Shown: positions 1 through 11,400 of the stretch, in pieces | How the letters are laid out: each line of letters begins with the position of its first letter | Position numbering within the stretch: the stretch's first letter is position 1 | DNA from: Marsupella aquatica | Lineage: Eukaryota; Plantae; Marchantiophyta | Length of the DNA stretch: 64,000 nucleotides | Assembly (NCBI GenBank): GCA_973895155.1 | Contig: OZ316892.1 | Location: forward strand, 8,043,251-8,107,250 | Reading direction: 5' to 3' | Program-made: the position numbers and the translations under genes | Notes under the pieces: generated by a model | Told to the model about the DNA's origin: nothing | Seen by the model: only the letters and a program-made list of their open reading frames with translations | Database searches by the model: none

Positions 1-210
1 TTATGTCCAAGATGTCGTTAGGTGAAAGATGATGTTTCACCAAAGATGTTATTAAGTATTTTTTTGTTAAGTACAAGATGGTCAATAAGTAAAGGGATGT
101 CATTAGACAAAGATGTAAGTTGTGAAGTAAAAGATTTTTTTAAGTACAAAATATTGTTAGTAAACCATGTTAAGTTAAGTAAAAAAGTTGTAAAGTAAAC
201 GATGTACGTT
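1..210. repeat. Degenerate short-period A-rich repeat (AAGATGT core), similar to 42740-43205
   Basis: Recurring aagatgt/aagatgg/gatgtt cores at roughly 20-35 bp spacing. Confidence 0.4.
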
Positions 211-224
211 GTTGCCACTTTTTG

Positions 225-686
225 CCACCCTTTGCATCCTGAAGCCCCACTAATAATCCCAAAGTTTTTGCTACTTTAAGCTTTTTACTTAAAGTTACCA
301 TGGCCGCTTACTTGGCTTTAGCCGACCCAATGCCGAGCGGGATGCCAAGACTTTAGGGTAAATACAGCTTGGCTGACTTTTCAACAACGTTTCTTCACTA
401 CCCCTTGCATCTTAGAACCCCATTGGTAACCCCAAAATTTTGGTTACTTTAAGCTTCTCACTTAAAGTCGCCGCAATAGCTTAATTGGCGTTGGCCGCCC
501 CAATGTCGAGACCCCCTAGGGTAAAGGCGCTGTTTGGCTGACTATTCAACGGCCCTTACCCGGCCCTTGCATATATCTTGGAACCCCATCAGTAACCCCA
601 ACTTTTTGGTTACTTTAAGCTTAGTTTTGCTCCTAGTTTTGCTTAAAGTTGACCATGGCCGTTTACTTGGCTTTGTCCGCCCCAAT
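225..686. repeat. About 170 bp degenerate tandem repeat, 3 copies
   Basis: The motif ccc(a)aa..ttttg(g)ttactttaagctt...cttaaagt...ttggc...cccaat recurs near 259, 431 and 597. Confidence 0.75.
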
Positions 687-990
687 CGTTGAGTATTGCT
701 CTTAGTCTTGTGACTCTAGAGCTAACCGTAGTTAGGCTAACTCAGGTTAGGACTTAGCTTAAAGGTTATCAGTGATGCATGCTATATACAACCAAGGCTG
801 AGTGGAGCAAGAGAGAAGTAAAGGACTCTTGCTTTCCCTTGACGTAGCCTCAGTCGTGAGGTGAACCATGTACTCGCTCTGTCGACTACTTTGTATGGTG
901 TTTACATGTGCATGGTGTCTCGAGATATGCATTATCCCCAACAAGTGGTATTAGAGCATGTCTGGGAGGTGACACTCTGGTCACAAGAAT
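687..990 (+). mobile_element. Old truncated copia LTR (687-943) with PBS (946-957), related to the intact element but in the opposite orientation
   Basis: Starts cgttgagtattgctctta (intact LTR: tgttgggtatttactctta) and shares gacgtagcctca..gaggtgaacca..gtcgacta. Ends CA at 943, followed by TGGTATTAGAGC (tRNA-iMet PBS with 1 mismatch) and tgggaggtgac as in the leader of the intact element. Confidence 0.75.
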
Positions 991-1901
991 TTATTGTGTA
1001 GTTGACGGTTTGAAATTCTATCACTATATTCATTAAAAGTGTACTTTTAAAAGTCTAGAAAATGAATACTAAAGTTCTTTTTTTCAACCCAAACCTCTTT
1101 AAAATGAGCCCCAAAAGTGAATATTTTTCAGCCAGAATACACACTTTTTAATTCCCAAATTTTATTTTTTCTCACCCAAATATTCAATATTAAATTAAAT
1201 GATATATTTTAATAAATATAAAAATTAAATTAAAATTAAATTAGTCCAAAAATCAGAGGCCATTAACACTCAAAACATAAATCCAAAATATCTTAATATC
1301 TATAATAATAATCAAGGATCAAAATGAGATTGACCCACTATATGGATATTACTATCAAGTACACCCAGTCAAAAAGCCTCAAACTAAACATAATTATCCT
1401 AATTAAGTGTTTACTATATGTCCTACATGTTCAAGACATTTCTTTCTACAAGTAGATAAGTACATTTCAAAGTAGAAACTAGAGCGACCCTAATCTGCTA
1501 ATGATCAAGACAAAATTCATTTGAACAAGAAAGTTTACTTCCTGATTTATCGTAGCGGATATCATGGTTGCAAGCATCTCTCACACGGTGATTCTTGAAC
1601 TTATTGGTGAGGTCCCTAGTTTTTAGAACTTTCCAAATGAATTGCCTACTCTATCGTCTATAAGGGCCAGAATAATTGTCTCCAAGTAAAGCATTTGTAG
1701 TTTCTTTGATCTCATCTGCGGTCCACATCTCCAGTGGTGTGTAATGCTGCACCTCTTCCTTTCCGTCCCAAGGAATCTCTTCGGGAGTGACATCCAAGAT
1801 GGTTCCACACACCTCATGATTGGATATAATAGTGATTTCCCCACTTCTTTTCCAAAAGAGCATAGATGGCAGCATGATCCTCCTTGCTTGTTACTTATAA
1901 A

Positions 1902-2412
1902 TGTTGAGCATAGACGACGATCGCAACGGCAAGCCCATGAACCATCCAACGCACAATAGTCGACACAAGAGATACGTGGTTCACCTCCTTGAGGCTACGT
2001 CCACGGGAACACACAAGAGAGCTTTACTGAACTCTAAGCCCGTCGGCTATACCGAGTCTCCACAGTGTAAGCTCTCCCTATCTCTCAAGTGGCTCCATAA
2101 CAATGAGCCTTGGTTCTACCTCTCCAAGCACACATGCCTCTTATGATATAGTGTGCAACTTAGTTGTACCTAACCACATAGTTGTACCTAATCACGTAGT
2201 TGTACCTAACCACATAGTTGTACCTAATCACGTAGTTGTACCTAACCACATAGTTGTACCTAATCACGTAGTTGTACCTAACCACATAGTTGTACCTAAT
2301 CACGTAGTTGTACCTAACCACGTAGTTGTACCAACCCACGTTGTTGTACCAACCCACGTTGTTGTACCAACCACGTCATACCTAACCTAGACGTAAGAGT
2401 AAATACCCAACA
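1902..2412 (-). repeat. 3' LTR (511 bp)
   Basis: Appears identical to 7428-7884 except for 3 extra 18 bp units; adjacent to the PPT. Confidence 0.97.
2161..2375. repeat. 18 bp tandem array in LTR U3, 12 units
   Basis: Alternating tagttgtacctaaccaca / tagttgtacctaatcacg units, ending in ttgttgtaccaacccacg variants. Confidence 0.95.
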
Positions 2413-2603
2413 ATCTTCCCCTTGACTCTGGTCTAGGGGAGAGTAATACTGCCAATGTATATGATCCCTCAGCGGGAAGTTCTGGACAGAAACCAAACCG
2501 GTTTCCCTCTCTAACTAGAGCAAACCAGAACTAAGCCGTAGCCTAATACATAGGAATGAGGAAGAGCATATATCAGTAATTACAATGAATGTTTAAGAAA
2601 ACT

Positions 2604-5600
2604 CTACTTGTGATGCAATTGCAAAACCTGCAATACGTCACGGTGTCTAGAGAAACTCTCCAAAGGAATCACTTTGGTAAATGCGTCAGCCGGGTTGAGT
2701 TTACCATCAATCTTGACTAGCTCAAACAAATTATCAGACACAGCCTGCCTGATAAAATGGTACCTGACGTCAATGTGCTTCACTCTGCTGTCCATCACCT
2801 GGTTCACAGCAAGGTGGAGCGCACTTTGACTATCACAATGGAGCTTCACATTCCCCTGTGGCAATCCCATTTCAGTGATAAGTCTATCCAACCAAATCGC
2901 TTCCTTTGCTGCTTCCGCAGCTGCAACATACTCCGCTTCTGTAGTAGACTGAGCAATACACTTCTGCAAAGTAGACCTCCAACTTATGCATCCACCGCCA
3001 AGTGTGAACACGTATCCTGTTGTTGATCTCCTTCGGTCCAAATCTTGTCCATAGTCAGAATCTACATAGCCAATCAATGATCTAGCATTCTTTGCATTCG
3101 CATCAAATAAAAGACCATGATCCACGGTACCCTTCAAGTACCTGATAATCCACTTCACTGCTTCCCAGTGTACCTTCCCTGGATTCGACATGTACCTGCT
3201 CACCTTGCCCATAGCCATGGCAAGATCAGGTCTAGTGCAAGTCATCAAATACATGAGACTCCCCACTGCCTTGTCATATGGAACCTTTGACATCAACCCC
3301 TTCTCTGTGTCATCCGTAGGACAGAACGCTGATGATAACTTGAAGTGTGGAGCCAACGGGGTACTTACTGGCTTGCTATTCTCCATGTTGAACCTTGCAA
3401 TTACCTTCCTCGCATAACTGCTCTGCGTCAACCATAGCTTGCCAGCCTCCAAGTCCCTAGTGATCTCCATACCCAAAATCCTCTTAGCTGGCCCTAAGTC
3501 CTTCATCTTAAACTCTGCACTAAGCAGTGCCTTGAGCTTAACAATCTCAGACCTATCATTGGCTGCAATTAGCATGTCATCCACATAAAGTACTAAAATA
3601 ATGAACCCAAAGACAACATTCTTCACCGGTTTCAAATACACACAAGGGTCAAATACACTTCTGTGAAAACCTTGTGACCGAATCCAATCGTCAAACCGCT
3701 TGTTCCACTGTCTTGGTGACTGCTTCAACCCATACAAGGATTTCAGCAATCTGCAAACCAATTCCTCCTGTCCTCTCTTCACAAAATCTAGCGGTTGTCT
3801 CATGAAGATCACCTCTTCCAATGTGCCATAGAGGAAAGCTGTGACAACATCCATCTGATCTAGGAGCAGACCAAACATTACAACAAGTACACACAATAGT
3901 CGTATTGTAGAGTACTTAGCAACTGGTGAGAAGACCTCATTGTAATCCACACCTTTCTCTTGTGTGAATCCCTTTGCTACCAATCTAGCCTTGTAGACCT
4001 TCGATCCACCTCCTATGGAATTATCCTTCAGCTTGTAAATCCACTTGCTGTCCACCACTTGCTGACCCTTAGGCAGCTTAACAAGCTCCCAAGTTTTGTT
4101 GTCCTTTAGTGACTGCATCTCCGTTTGCATTGCTGCAGTCCACTTCTGCTTCTCTTTTGAAGCACTTGCCTCATGAAATGAAGAAGGTTCTCCTTCTTCC
4201 AAAATTAACGCATCACCCTCATCATCAGCTGTAAAATCATCCTCTTGCAGTTGAGATGAATCAACCCACTGTCCATACCTTGATGGAGCGCGTACAGTGC
4301 GACCAGATGTTCTTCTAGTCGATGACTCCGGTTGATCTGCGTGTGCTGGTACAATTTGAAGCTCAACAGCATCCACTTGTTGCTCACCAGCATCAACAAA
4401 CTCCTCTGGTTCCTCTGGCACAGGAACCAGCTCCATAATTGGAGCAACTCCTTCTCTCCGGTCATGCACCTCATAACCAATCTCCCCCTCAACGAGATCC
4501 GGGATAGGAGATTTTCCTTTGTCAGTACGGGAGACCTGAGTATTCTCCCCCTCCTTCAATAATCTGGATTCATTGAAGGAAACATCCCTACTGACAACGA
4601 GCTTACAGGCAATAGGATCCCATAGCCTATAGGCTTTCACACCACTCTGGTACCCAAGAAAAACACATTTCCTGGAGGTAGGATCCAACTTGGTCCTATT
4701 CTTCTTTGGTGTGAGAGCATATGCATCACTTCCAAAAATTACCAAGCCATGATAGTCTGCTTGCCGCTTATAGCGCATCTCAAACGACGTTTTGAAATTG
4801 ATAGCACTAGAAGGAGAAAGATTTACCAAATAAGCTGCGGTATTGACAGCTTCTGCCCAAAATTCTTGTGGTAAACCTGATTGGCTCAACATACTCCGTG
4901 ACCGCTCCAACAATGTCCGATTGAGCCTCTCAGCGACACCATTCTGCTGCAGAGTATAAACTGTGGTGAGATGGCGAGTTATCCCCTGTTCTGAACAGTA
5001 CTCTTCAAATTCCATTGAAGTGTACTCCCCGCCGTTGTCTGACCTCAGACTCTTCACCCTTGTATCCAAACACTTGATCGTGTTTCCAGTCTGATTCTCC
5101 ACCTGGGCCTTCCACTTCTTAAAAATGGACAAGACATCAGACTTATGCGTCATGAAATAAATCCACACAAATCTTGAGTAATCATCAATAAATGATACAT
5201 AGTACAACTTTCCAGAGTGTGAGGGAGTCGGGGATGGACCCCACACGTCACTATGTATGTACTCAAGAACCGCTTTGGAACGATGAGTTCCAACACCAAA
5301 AGCATGACGATGCTGCTTTCCAAGAATGCAATGCTCACAAAACTCTAATTTACAAGATTGCAAATCAGAAATGAGTCCATTCTTCCGTAAGATAGCCAAA
5401 CCCTTCTCACTCATGTGGCCTAGCCGTGAATGCCACAGTTGAGTCATCTCCTCGTGAGACTTGGTTACATTGGCCTCTCCACATACAGTATTGCCCTGTA
5501 ACACATACAAATTCTTTTGTCTACTCCCCTTCAAAATCACTGTCTCTCCCGACCTGACTTGAAGTTCACCATCAATAACGCTCCATTGATGACCATTTGA

Positions 5601-5876
5601 ATCCAACACACCGAGTGAAATCAGATTCTTACGCATGCCAGGTACATACCTGACTCCGGACACTGTGCGCACAGCGCCATCAAACATTTGAATCTTCACA
5701 GACCCAATTCCCTCAATTTGACAGGAGTGATCATTTCCCATCAGAACTGAACCGTTTGAAACAGAGTAAGAACTGAAAAACTCACGAATGTAACAAATAT
5801 GAAAAGAGCAAGCACAATCAAGAATCCACACATCATCTGCTCTCCTAGATGATGTGCACAGGGCATACCCCCGGCT
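2604..5876 (-). CDS. pol: Copia Pol polyprotein (protease, integrase, reverse transcriptase, RNase H)
   Basis: Open frame with PR WILDCACSFH, INT HSRLGH..CEHC plus D,D,E (HSDVWGP, RSDNGGE, AER), RT YKARLVAKG / SLYGLKQ / YVDD and RH ADAFTK. In frame with gag across a single TGA. Confidence 0.97.
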   Translation of the reverse strand, partial: SRGYALCTSSRRADDVWILDCACSFHICYIREFFSSYSVSNGSVLMGNDHSCQIEGIGSVKIQMFDGAVRTVSGVRYVPGMRKNLISLGVLDSNGHQWSVIDGELQVRSGETVILKGSRQKNLYVLQGNTVCGEANVTKSHEEMTQLWHSRLGHMSEKGLAILRKNGLISDLQSCKLEFCEHCILGKQHRHAFGVGTHRSKAVLEYIHSDVWGPSPTPSHSGKLYYVSFIDDYSRFVWIYFMTHKSDVLSIFKKWKAQVENQTGNTIKCLDTRVKSLRSDNGGEYTSMEFEEYCSEQGITRHLTTVYTLQQNGVAERLNRTLLERSRSMLSQSGLPQEFWAEAVNTAAYLVNLSPSSAINFKTSFEMRYKRQADYHGLVIFGSDAYALTPKKNRTKLDPTSRKCVFLGYQSGVKAYRLWDPIACKLVVSRDVSFNESRLLKEGENTQVSRTDKGKSPIPDLVEGEIGYEVHDRREGVAPIMELVPVPEEPEEFVDAGEQQVDAVELQIVPAHADQPESSTRRTSGRTVRAPSRYGQWVDSSQLQEDDFTADDEGDALILEEGEPSSFHEASASKEKQKWTAAMQTEMQSLKDNKTWELVKLPKGQQVVDSKWIYKLKDNSIGGGSKVYKARLVAKGFTQEKGVDYNEVFSPVAKYSTIRLLCVLVVMFGLLLDQMDVVTAFLYGTLEEVIFMRQPLDFVKRGQEELVCRLLKSLYGLKQSPRQWNKRFDDWIRSQGFHRSVFDPCVYLKPVKNVVFGFIILVLYVDDMLIAANDRSEIVKLKALLSAEFKMKDLGPAKRILGMEITRDLEAGKLWLTQSSYARKVIARFNMENSKPVSTPLAPHFKLSSAFCPTDDTEKGLMSKVPYDKAVGSLMYLMTCTRPDLAMAMGKVSRYMSNPGKVHWEAVKWIIRYLKGTVDHGLLFDANAKNARSLIGYVDSDYGQDLDRRRSTTGYVFTLGGGCISWRSTLQKCIAQSTTEAEYVAAAEAAKEAIWLDRLITEMGLPQGNVKLHCDSQSALHLAVNQVMDSRVKHIDVRYHFIRQAVSDNLFELVKIDGKLNPADAFTKVIPLESFSRHRDVLQVLQLHHK

Positions 5877-6911
5877 TCATAAAACATACTCATCATTGAG
5901 TAAATCAGCTTCTCCATCAGCCCTAGCCACATTTGCCGATGAAGTTTTCGCTGCCTTTCCCTTACAGTCTCGCTTGAAGTGTCCAACTTGGTTGCACTTC
6001 CAACATGTCACCTGCCTCCTCTGAGGGGATTTACCCTTGGACTTAGATCTGGATTTAGATCTAAACTGGGTTCTACGGTCCCCAGTTGGTCGCTGCATAC
6101 TCCTCCCACGGTTAACATTGAGGGCAGCACCAGATGATGAAGGCTGTGACATGATGTGCATCTTCTGCTGAAGATCATCACTAAGCAGAGAACTTACCAC
6201 ATCATTGTATGAAATGGTATCCCTATCACGATGCAACAACACTCGTGATAGGGACTGGTAAGATGGAGGCAATGAACTAAGAAGCTGCAGAGCCTTCGTC
6301 TCATCATTCAAAGTCTCCCCAAGGTTTTCCAAGTCAACGACCATGTCGTTGAAAGCATCCACATGGTCTTGCAACTTCGTACCAGATTCCTTCATCCTGA
6401 AACTCATCAGTTTGTAGGAAGTGTAGAGCCGGTTCGACAACTCCTTGCGGTGATACTTGCTCTGCAATTCTGCAAACAAGGACATGCAATCCTTATGTGC
6501 ACCTAACTGCTTGATGATGGGAGGCATGAGATAGAGTGTAACACACCACACTCCCTGCTCTTGCATGCGGTCCCATTGTTTCTCATCAACATCGTCTTCA
6601 CGAGGGCTCAGCAGTTGGCCCATCCCTGACACATAAAGCACTCCCTTCACCTGCTTCTCCCATAGCAAGTAGTCAGAGCGCCCATCATACTTTGTCACTT
6701 CATACTTGGGTCCCCCAAGCTTGAAAGTCCCCATCTTCTTCTTTACCGTGAGCTCCGGTAGTAGTACTGCTTCCTCCACCACACGCCGCACCGGTGATGG
6801 TATCGGTGTCACGTGCTCTTCCTCCTGCTCCTCTCTCTGCCCCTGAAACCTCCGCGGTGATCCTCGTGCTTCAAGTTCCACGTCTTCGAAAAACTCCTCC
6901 GAATCACTCAT
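5877..6911 (-). CDS. gag: Copia Gag (capsid/UBN2-like region plus CCHC zinc knuckle)
   Basis: KYDGRSDYLLW, LLSSLPPSY and the CWKCNQVGHFKRDC knuckle. Confidence 0.93.
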   Translation of the reverse strand: MSDSEEFFEDVELEARGSPRRFQGQREEQEEEHVTPIPSPVRRVVEEAVLLPELTVKKKMGTFKLGGPKYEVTKYDGRSDYLLWEKQVKGVLYVSGMGQLLSPREDDVDEKQWDRMQEQGVWCVTLYLMPPIIKQLGAHKDCMSLFAELQSKYHRKELSNRLYTSYKLMSFRMKESGTKLQDHVDAFNDMVVDLENLGETLNDETKALQLLSSLPPSYQSLSRVLLHRDRDTISYNDVVSSLLSDDLQQKMHIMSQPSSSGAALNVNRGRSMQRPTGDRRTQFRSKSRSKSKGKSPQRRQVTCWKCNQVGHFKRDCKGKAAKTSSANVARADGEADLLNDEYVL

Positions 6912-7413
6912 ATGAGAAAGTCACAAAAAATGTTGTTTTTCACAACTTCTCAAAAAACTCGAAACTCAACACCGCCGCGTAGCCCACAAAGCTAGGAGTC
7001 CAATACTTGTCAACAACGAATGTTGATCAATTGCACTTGGTGCCGTCAGCAAGTCCAACAAGGTAATTGATTTTGCTTAGCCTTCCTCTTTGCATCAAAG
7101 AGCCAATCCCGGACTCAAAAACAATCGTCTTGCCTCAATCTCTCCGTTGAGTCAAAACACTTGACGCTTCTCCCTCCGAGTCGATTGCCAACTTTCTTCA
7201 CAAAATCCAGAACGACGAAAACTTAGATCTCTCTGCACCACGAGCTCCGTTCAACGATTTCTTCACACCTTTAGAAAGCTCTTGCCCTGATCTATCCGTT
7301 GAGCCCATAAACTCCAAGTTCCATGCGATGGAACTCTGGAAAATCCACCAACACTCAACGCTGGAAAAACCGTCATGAAATCCCGTCACGAACACACGTC
7401 ACCTCCCAAGCAT

Positions 7414-7425
7414 GCTCTGATACCA
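7414..7425 (-). other. Primer binding site complementary to tRNA-iMet
   Basis: The reverse complement TGGTATCAGAGC lies 2 nt inside the 5' LTR. Confidence 0.95.
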
Positions 7426-7427
7426 AT

Positions 7428-7884
7428 TGTTGAGCATAGACGACGATCGCAACGGCAAGCCCATGAACCATCCAACGCACAATAGTCGACACAAGAGATA
7501 CGTGGTTCACCTCCTTGAGGCTACGTCCACGGGAACACACAAGAGAGCTTTACTGAACTCTAAGCCCGTCGGCTATACCGAGTCTCCACAGTGTAAGCTC
7601 TCCCTATCTCTCAAGTGGCTCCATAACAATGAGCCTTGGTTCTACCTCTCCAAGCACACATGCCTCTTATGATATAGTGTGCAACTTAGTTGTACCTAAC
7701 CACATAGTTGTACCTAATCACGTAGTTGTACCTAACCACATAGTTGTACCTAATCACGTAGTTGTACCTAACCACATAGTTGTACCTAATCACGTAGTTG
7801 TACCTAACCACGTAGTTGTACCAACCCACGTTGTTGTACCAACCACGTCATACCTAACCTAGACGTAAGAGTAAATACCCAACA
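7428..7884 (-). repeat. 5' LTR (457 bp) with a 9-unit 18 bp array (about 7687-7847)
   Basis: Direct repeat of 1902-2412; adjacent to the PBS. Confidence 0.97.
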
Positions 7885-7889
7885 ATAAA

Positions 7890-8465
7890 TTCAAAACAGA
7901 CCATTTTGGGTTGTTGACATTGATATAATGTTCAACGCAATAGGCCTTTCTCAACTTGCAAAGATATGGCCATAGTATCTCAGGCAGAAAAGTGTCATTT
8001 GAAGTTGTGTGCATAAACGGATGTGGGAACAATCCATTCACATCATAATTCATAAACGCCTTCAACGGAGAATCATCAATAAGAACACTATTAAAAGCAT
8101 CATATTATTTCAGAAAATGATTCCGAATGGTTTGCAAGTTCTTAAGTAGTAAATTTGTATTCTCATCCGTTATATCTGGCCTTTGGATACAACTATCAAG
8201 AGTATCTTCTTGCGTAAAAACAAACTTGAACTGTTGTCGCTCCTCTTCAGTGAAAATCAACTCCATTATGCTCATCGTTTTTGGCCTTCTTGCACAAGTC
8301 CAAATTGCAACGTCAAAATTTTTGAAAGCCACATACAAAAATTTGTGAAGATATGGTTGTTCCACATACATGAAAATAAACTCTCCACGTCTCCGCCAGT
8401 GCACACCACGTAAACTTGTGGGCTTCCTCAATGGTCCCGAGCTTTTGGTCTTAACGCAATCAATT
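7890..8465 (-). pseudogene. Intronless FCP1/NIF (HAD-superfamily CTD phosphatase-like) pseudogene, split by the copia and continuing at about 1896-1650
   Basis: QPYLHKFLYVAFKNFDVAIWTCA...FKFVFTQE...LKNL..*YDAFNSVLIDDSPLKAFMN in one frame, with an in-frame TAA at 8105-8107. The N-terminal DxDx motif is missing. Confidence 0.65.
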
Positions 8466-11400
8466 AAAGTGATGCGCTACTAGAGAGGAGCTGGGAGCTG
8501 TTGCTTCAATTCAATCGCAATTGCTACTAAATGTTGGATGTTGCTGCTTTGAGCTTGGCATTGTTACTTCAGCTACTGATATGGGAACTCGTGGTGCCAT
8601 TGCTTAAACTGATGCTTGCTACAGATGCTTAAATTGATTCTGCTCGAGAGGAACAGCTACGCTACTCAATTAGAGATGTGCTCAATTCAATTGCTGTTGT
8701 TTCTAATGAGTCAATGTTGTCGAGCTACGGAGGTGCTGCTTCTATTGAAGTTGTCTCTGAATCTGAGCTATGGAAGAGCTACACTATAAATCTGAGCTAT
8801 GGAGGGGCGCTCAGGGGGGCACTGGAGCTTTGCAAAAGAAAAAAAGTTGAAGGGAGTGTTGCGCTAAGTCCGGCGGTGAAGGGAGTGTTGCTTTGCTCAA
8901 CATAGCGTTGTGCCGCGTCCGGCTATGCTAAATCATGTTGCTGCACACAATGTGCTGCAAAATGTTGATGGCAAGGGAGGAGTCGGTGGTTGGGTTTAAA
9001 CATGCGACCTGCTGCTTGCTAAGGGATTTGAGTGGGCTACCAATGGAGCACTCCTGGCTCTTCGTTTAAGGAGATCCCAACAACTATAGTTAAACTCGCG
9101 GCAACATCCATTCTGGGCCATTTGCAGGACTTTGAGGCCGGTTCGAGGCTGGGTGAGGGGCCAGGGCGAGTAAGGAAGGACCCAACAAGGGTGCTTCAAC
9201 TTCATGGAGGCCCAAGAGACATTTTTAATTGAAATGGAATGTGTTAAGGAGTTTTTGTGTAGGCCTTAAAAGTGGTCTTTGTAATAAGATGTCGGGCTAT
9301 TATGAAGCCCGCCACTTGGTGGATGCTAGTAGATGAGAGTGTTGCTGTTAGGTAGGTAAGCCATTCACTTATAAGCAGTTGTATACTAAATGCTAATGTC
9401 AATAATCTACCAGAAACAAACTCAAGCGGGAGTATTCTCCAAGTAAGTCTACAATTGAGTGAAGGATGATCTGTACTTTTGTAGTAACCCGAGTCTCAGT
9501 GGCAAAACCCGAGACTCGACGGTAACCTAGAACACAACAGCGGACCGACACTCAATTGTAGGCCAAACTTGGAGTTTTTTTCCATGAGAAATGTTGTTTT
9601 ATGGATAGTTTGTAACTCGGGTGGTTGTAAGAGTTACCAAGGGGGTACCCTGGTTACTTGTATCACTGAGAGGTTGCCGCTGTTCGTGTCTTGTGTGAAA
9701 ACCAGAGTGTTGGTAGTAGTTGAGTTAACCTGCATTAAGAGTAGAAATTTAACCCTCGTTAAGGTTTTAGTGGGTAGGTAGTTACACTTGGGTTGAGTTT
9801 CCAAGTGGTCACTCAGCTGAGTTAGCACCCTAGGCTTGGTAAGGTTTGGTTTGGCTTGGTTTGGAGCCCTAGGGTGGTTTTGTGTGTGAAATAAAGAGGA
9901 GCAGGGGGCTAACTCCTCACTTGTTCGGTTGTACACTCTCTTGCAGGCTGAAAGCTTGGGAGTCGGGGCTCTCACTTGGAGGGTAGCAGCATTGGCTTAA
10001 AGCACTAAGGAGGGTGGACAGAGAACTAGTCCACTAGGTAAGCACCAAGGAGAGAGTCAAGGGAGGTGTTATTATCTTAACTTGTACTATTCCCTATAGT
10101 AAAGGCTTATGTGTAAGTCTCCGCCTTGGAGCTACTATCTAGTAAACATGTGAGTCAAGTGAGCATGTAGGTAGACTCAAGTGTGACTCGACACAAGTCA
10201 GAGAGGTGAAGCTTGACACCTGTGGGTGAGAGAGGAATTCTGCACTCACCTTGTTGTGATAATTAACCCAATCATGTTGGGAGTCTGTGGGGAAAGCTTG
10301 AATGTGGGTACGCACTTGTCGTGTTGAGATCGGGAGTGGGGCTGTGTGAGTGTTTTTATGTAGGGAAACAGAGGAGTGATAACCACCTTTCAAGGTTATT
10401 TTTCCAGCGATGGAAATAAAACTACCTAGTTGGGCGTGTGAGTGCGAAAGAAGGGAGTTAGAGAGAAAGAGACCTCCTGTCCTACTATTTGCCCGTCCTA
10501 GGAACCCGGACAATGATAAGAAGAGGCATCAGTGGTGAAGATACCTCTAGTGGAGAATTAAGCCCAACTGCAAGGTGTTGATAGAACAGTAATGCTAGCC
10601 CTACCTCATTTCAACTCTGTGATCGATAAATCCAGGTTTCCTATGCAAGCTATGGCGACTACACCTATCTTAACATTTGATTGTTCACTTTTTGCAATTC
10701 TAGATTTCTGGCGTTCAAACTTTCAAGCTCCACTCAATTTGAATTTCCTCGCATGTTCATACTTTCGCGCGTACCTATTCTCAATGACTACATACCTCCG
10801 ATTGAGGTAGCGGTTTTCTTCCACCACAGTCCTTTGTATTGGCGTTGTGTATAGCATGATGGGTGCAATAGCGTTCCGGGCGACACTCGATTCCCATTCT
10901 GGTGACCCCACAATAGTTTACATGTACTTTAGAAAGAGTACTATAGTGCATCACAAGTACCGCAACATGTGGGGATGGTCTTAGTGAGTAGTTCTTCGCC
11001 TTCCCTTATTTCCTGGAACCAGTATTTTCTGGCTCACCTGATTATGAGAACTATGGCCATATTAGAGCATCTCCATTACTGAAATGGGATGTTGACCTAA
11101 CCCAATTAAGAAAATGAAAAAGTCAGGTCCAATGCACTCATGGAATGCTATTGGGTTTTCGGAGCAAGGTTTTTTGGTTACTGCATCTGTATATGGAAAA
11201 TATTATACAATAGTTAACTTGTTTCAAACACATGTATGGTCTTGTTCGGTGCTTTTTGCATAACAAACCATTCTTGTTTGTGACCAATAGTGTCGATGTG
11301 GTTGCCCGTACTTCCAGGGATTTTGGAAGAAACTTCCCATGGGGGTCCATAGAGAAGAGTGAAAATAGTCTATCAAATGAAAAAGATACACATTTTGTAT

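Larger units (their letters stand above)
1902..7884 (-). mobile_element. Full-length Ty1/copia LTR retrotransposon, recent insertion
   Basis: TG...CA LTRs at 1902-2412 and 7428-7884; 5 bp TSD ATAAA (1897-1901 and 7885-7889); PBS TGGTATCAGAGC at 7414-7425; PPT AAGGGGAAGAT at 2413-2423; domain order gag-PR-INT-RT-RH. Confidence 0.98.

Noticed and set aside
2103-2390. VVPNH-repeat and RYNY-repeat ORFs (also 7629-7862), and a CRISPR-like appearance
   Set aside because: These are translations of the 18 bp LTR tandem array. There are no unique spacers and no cas genes.
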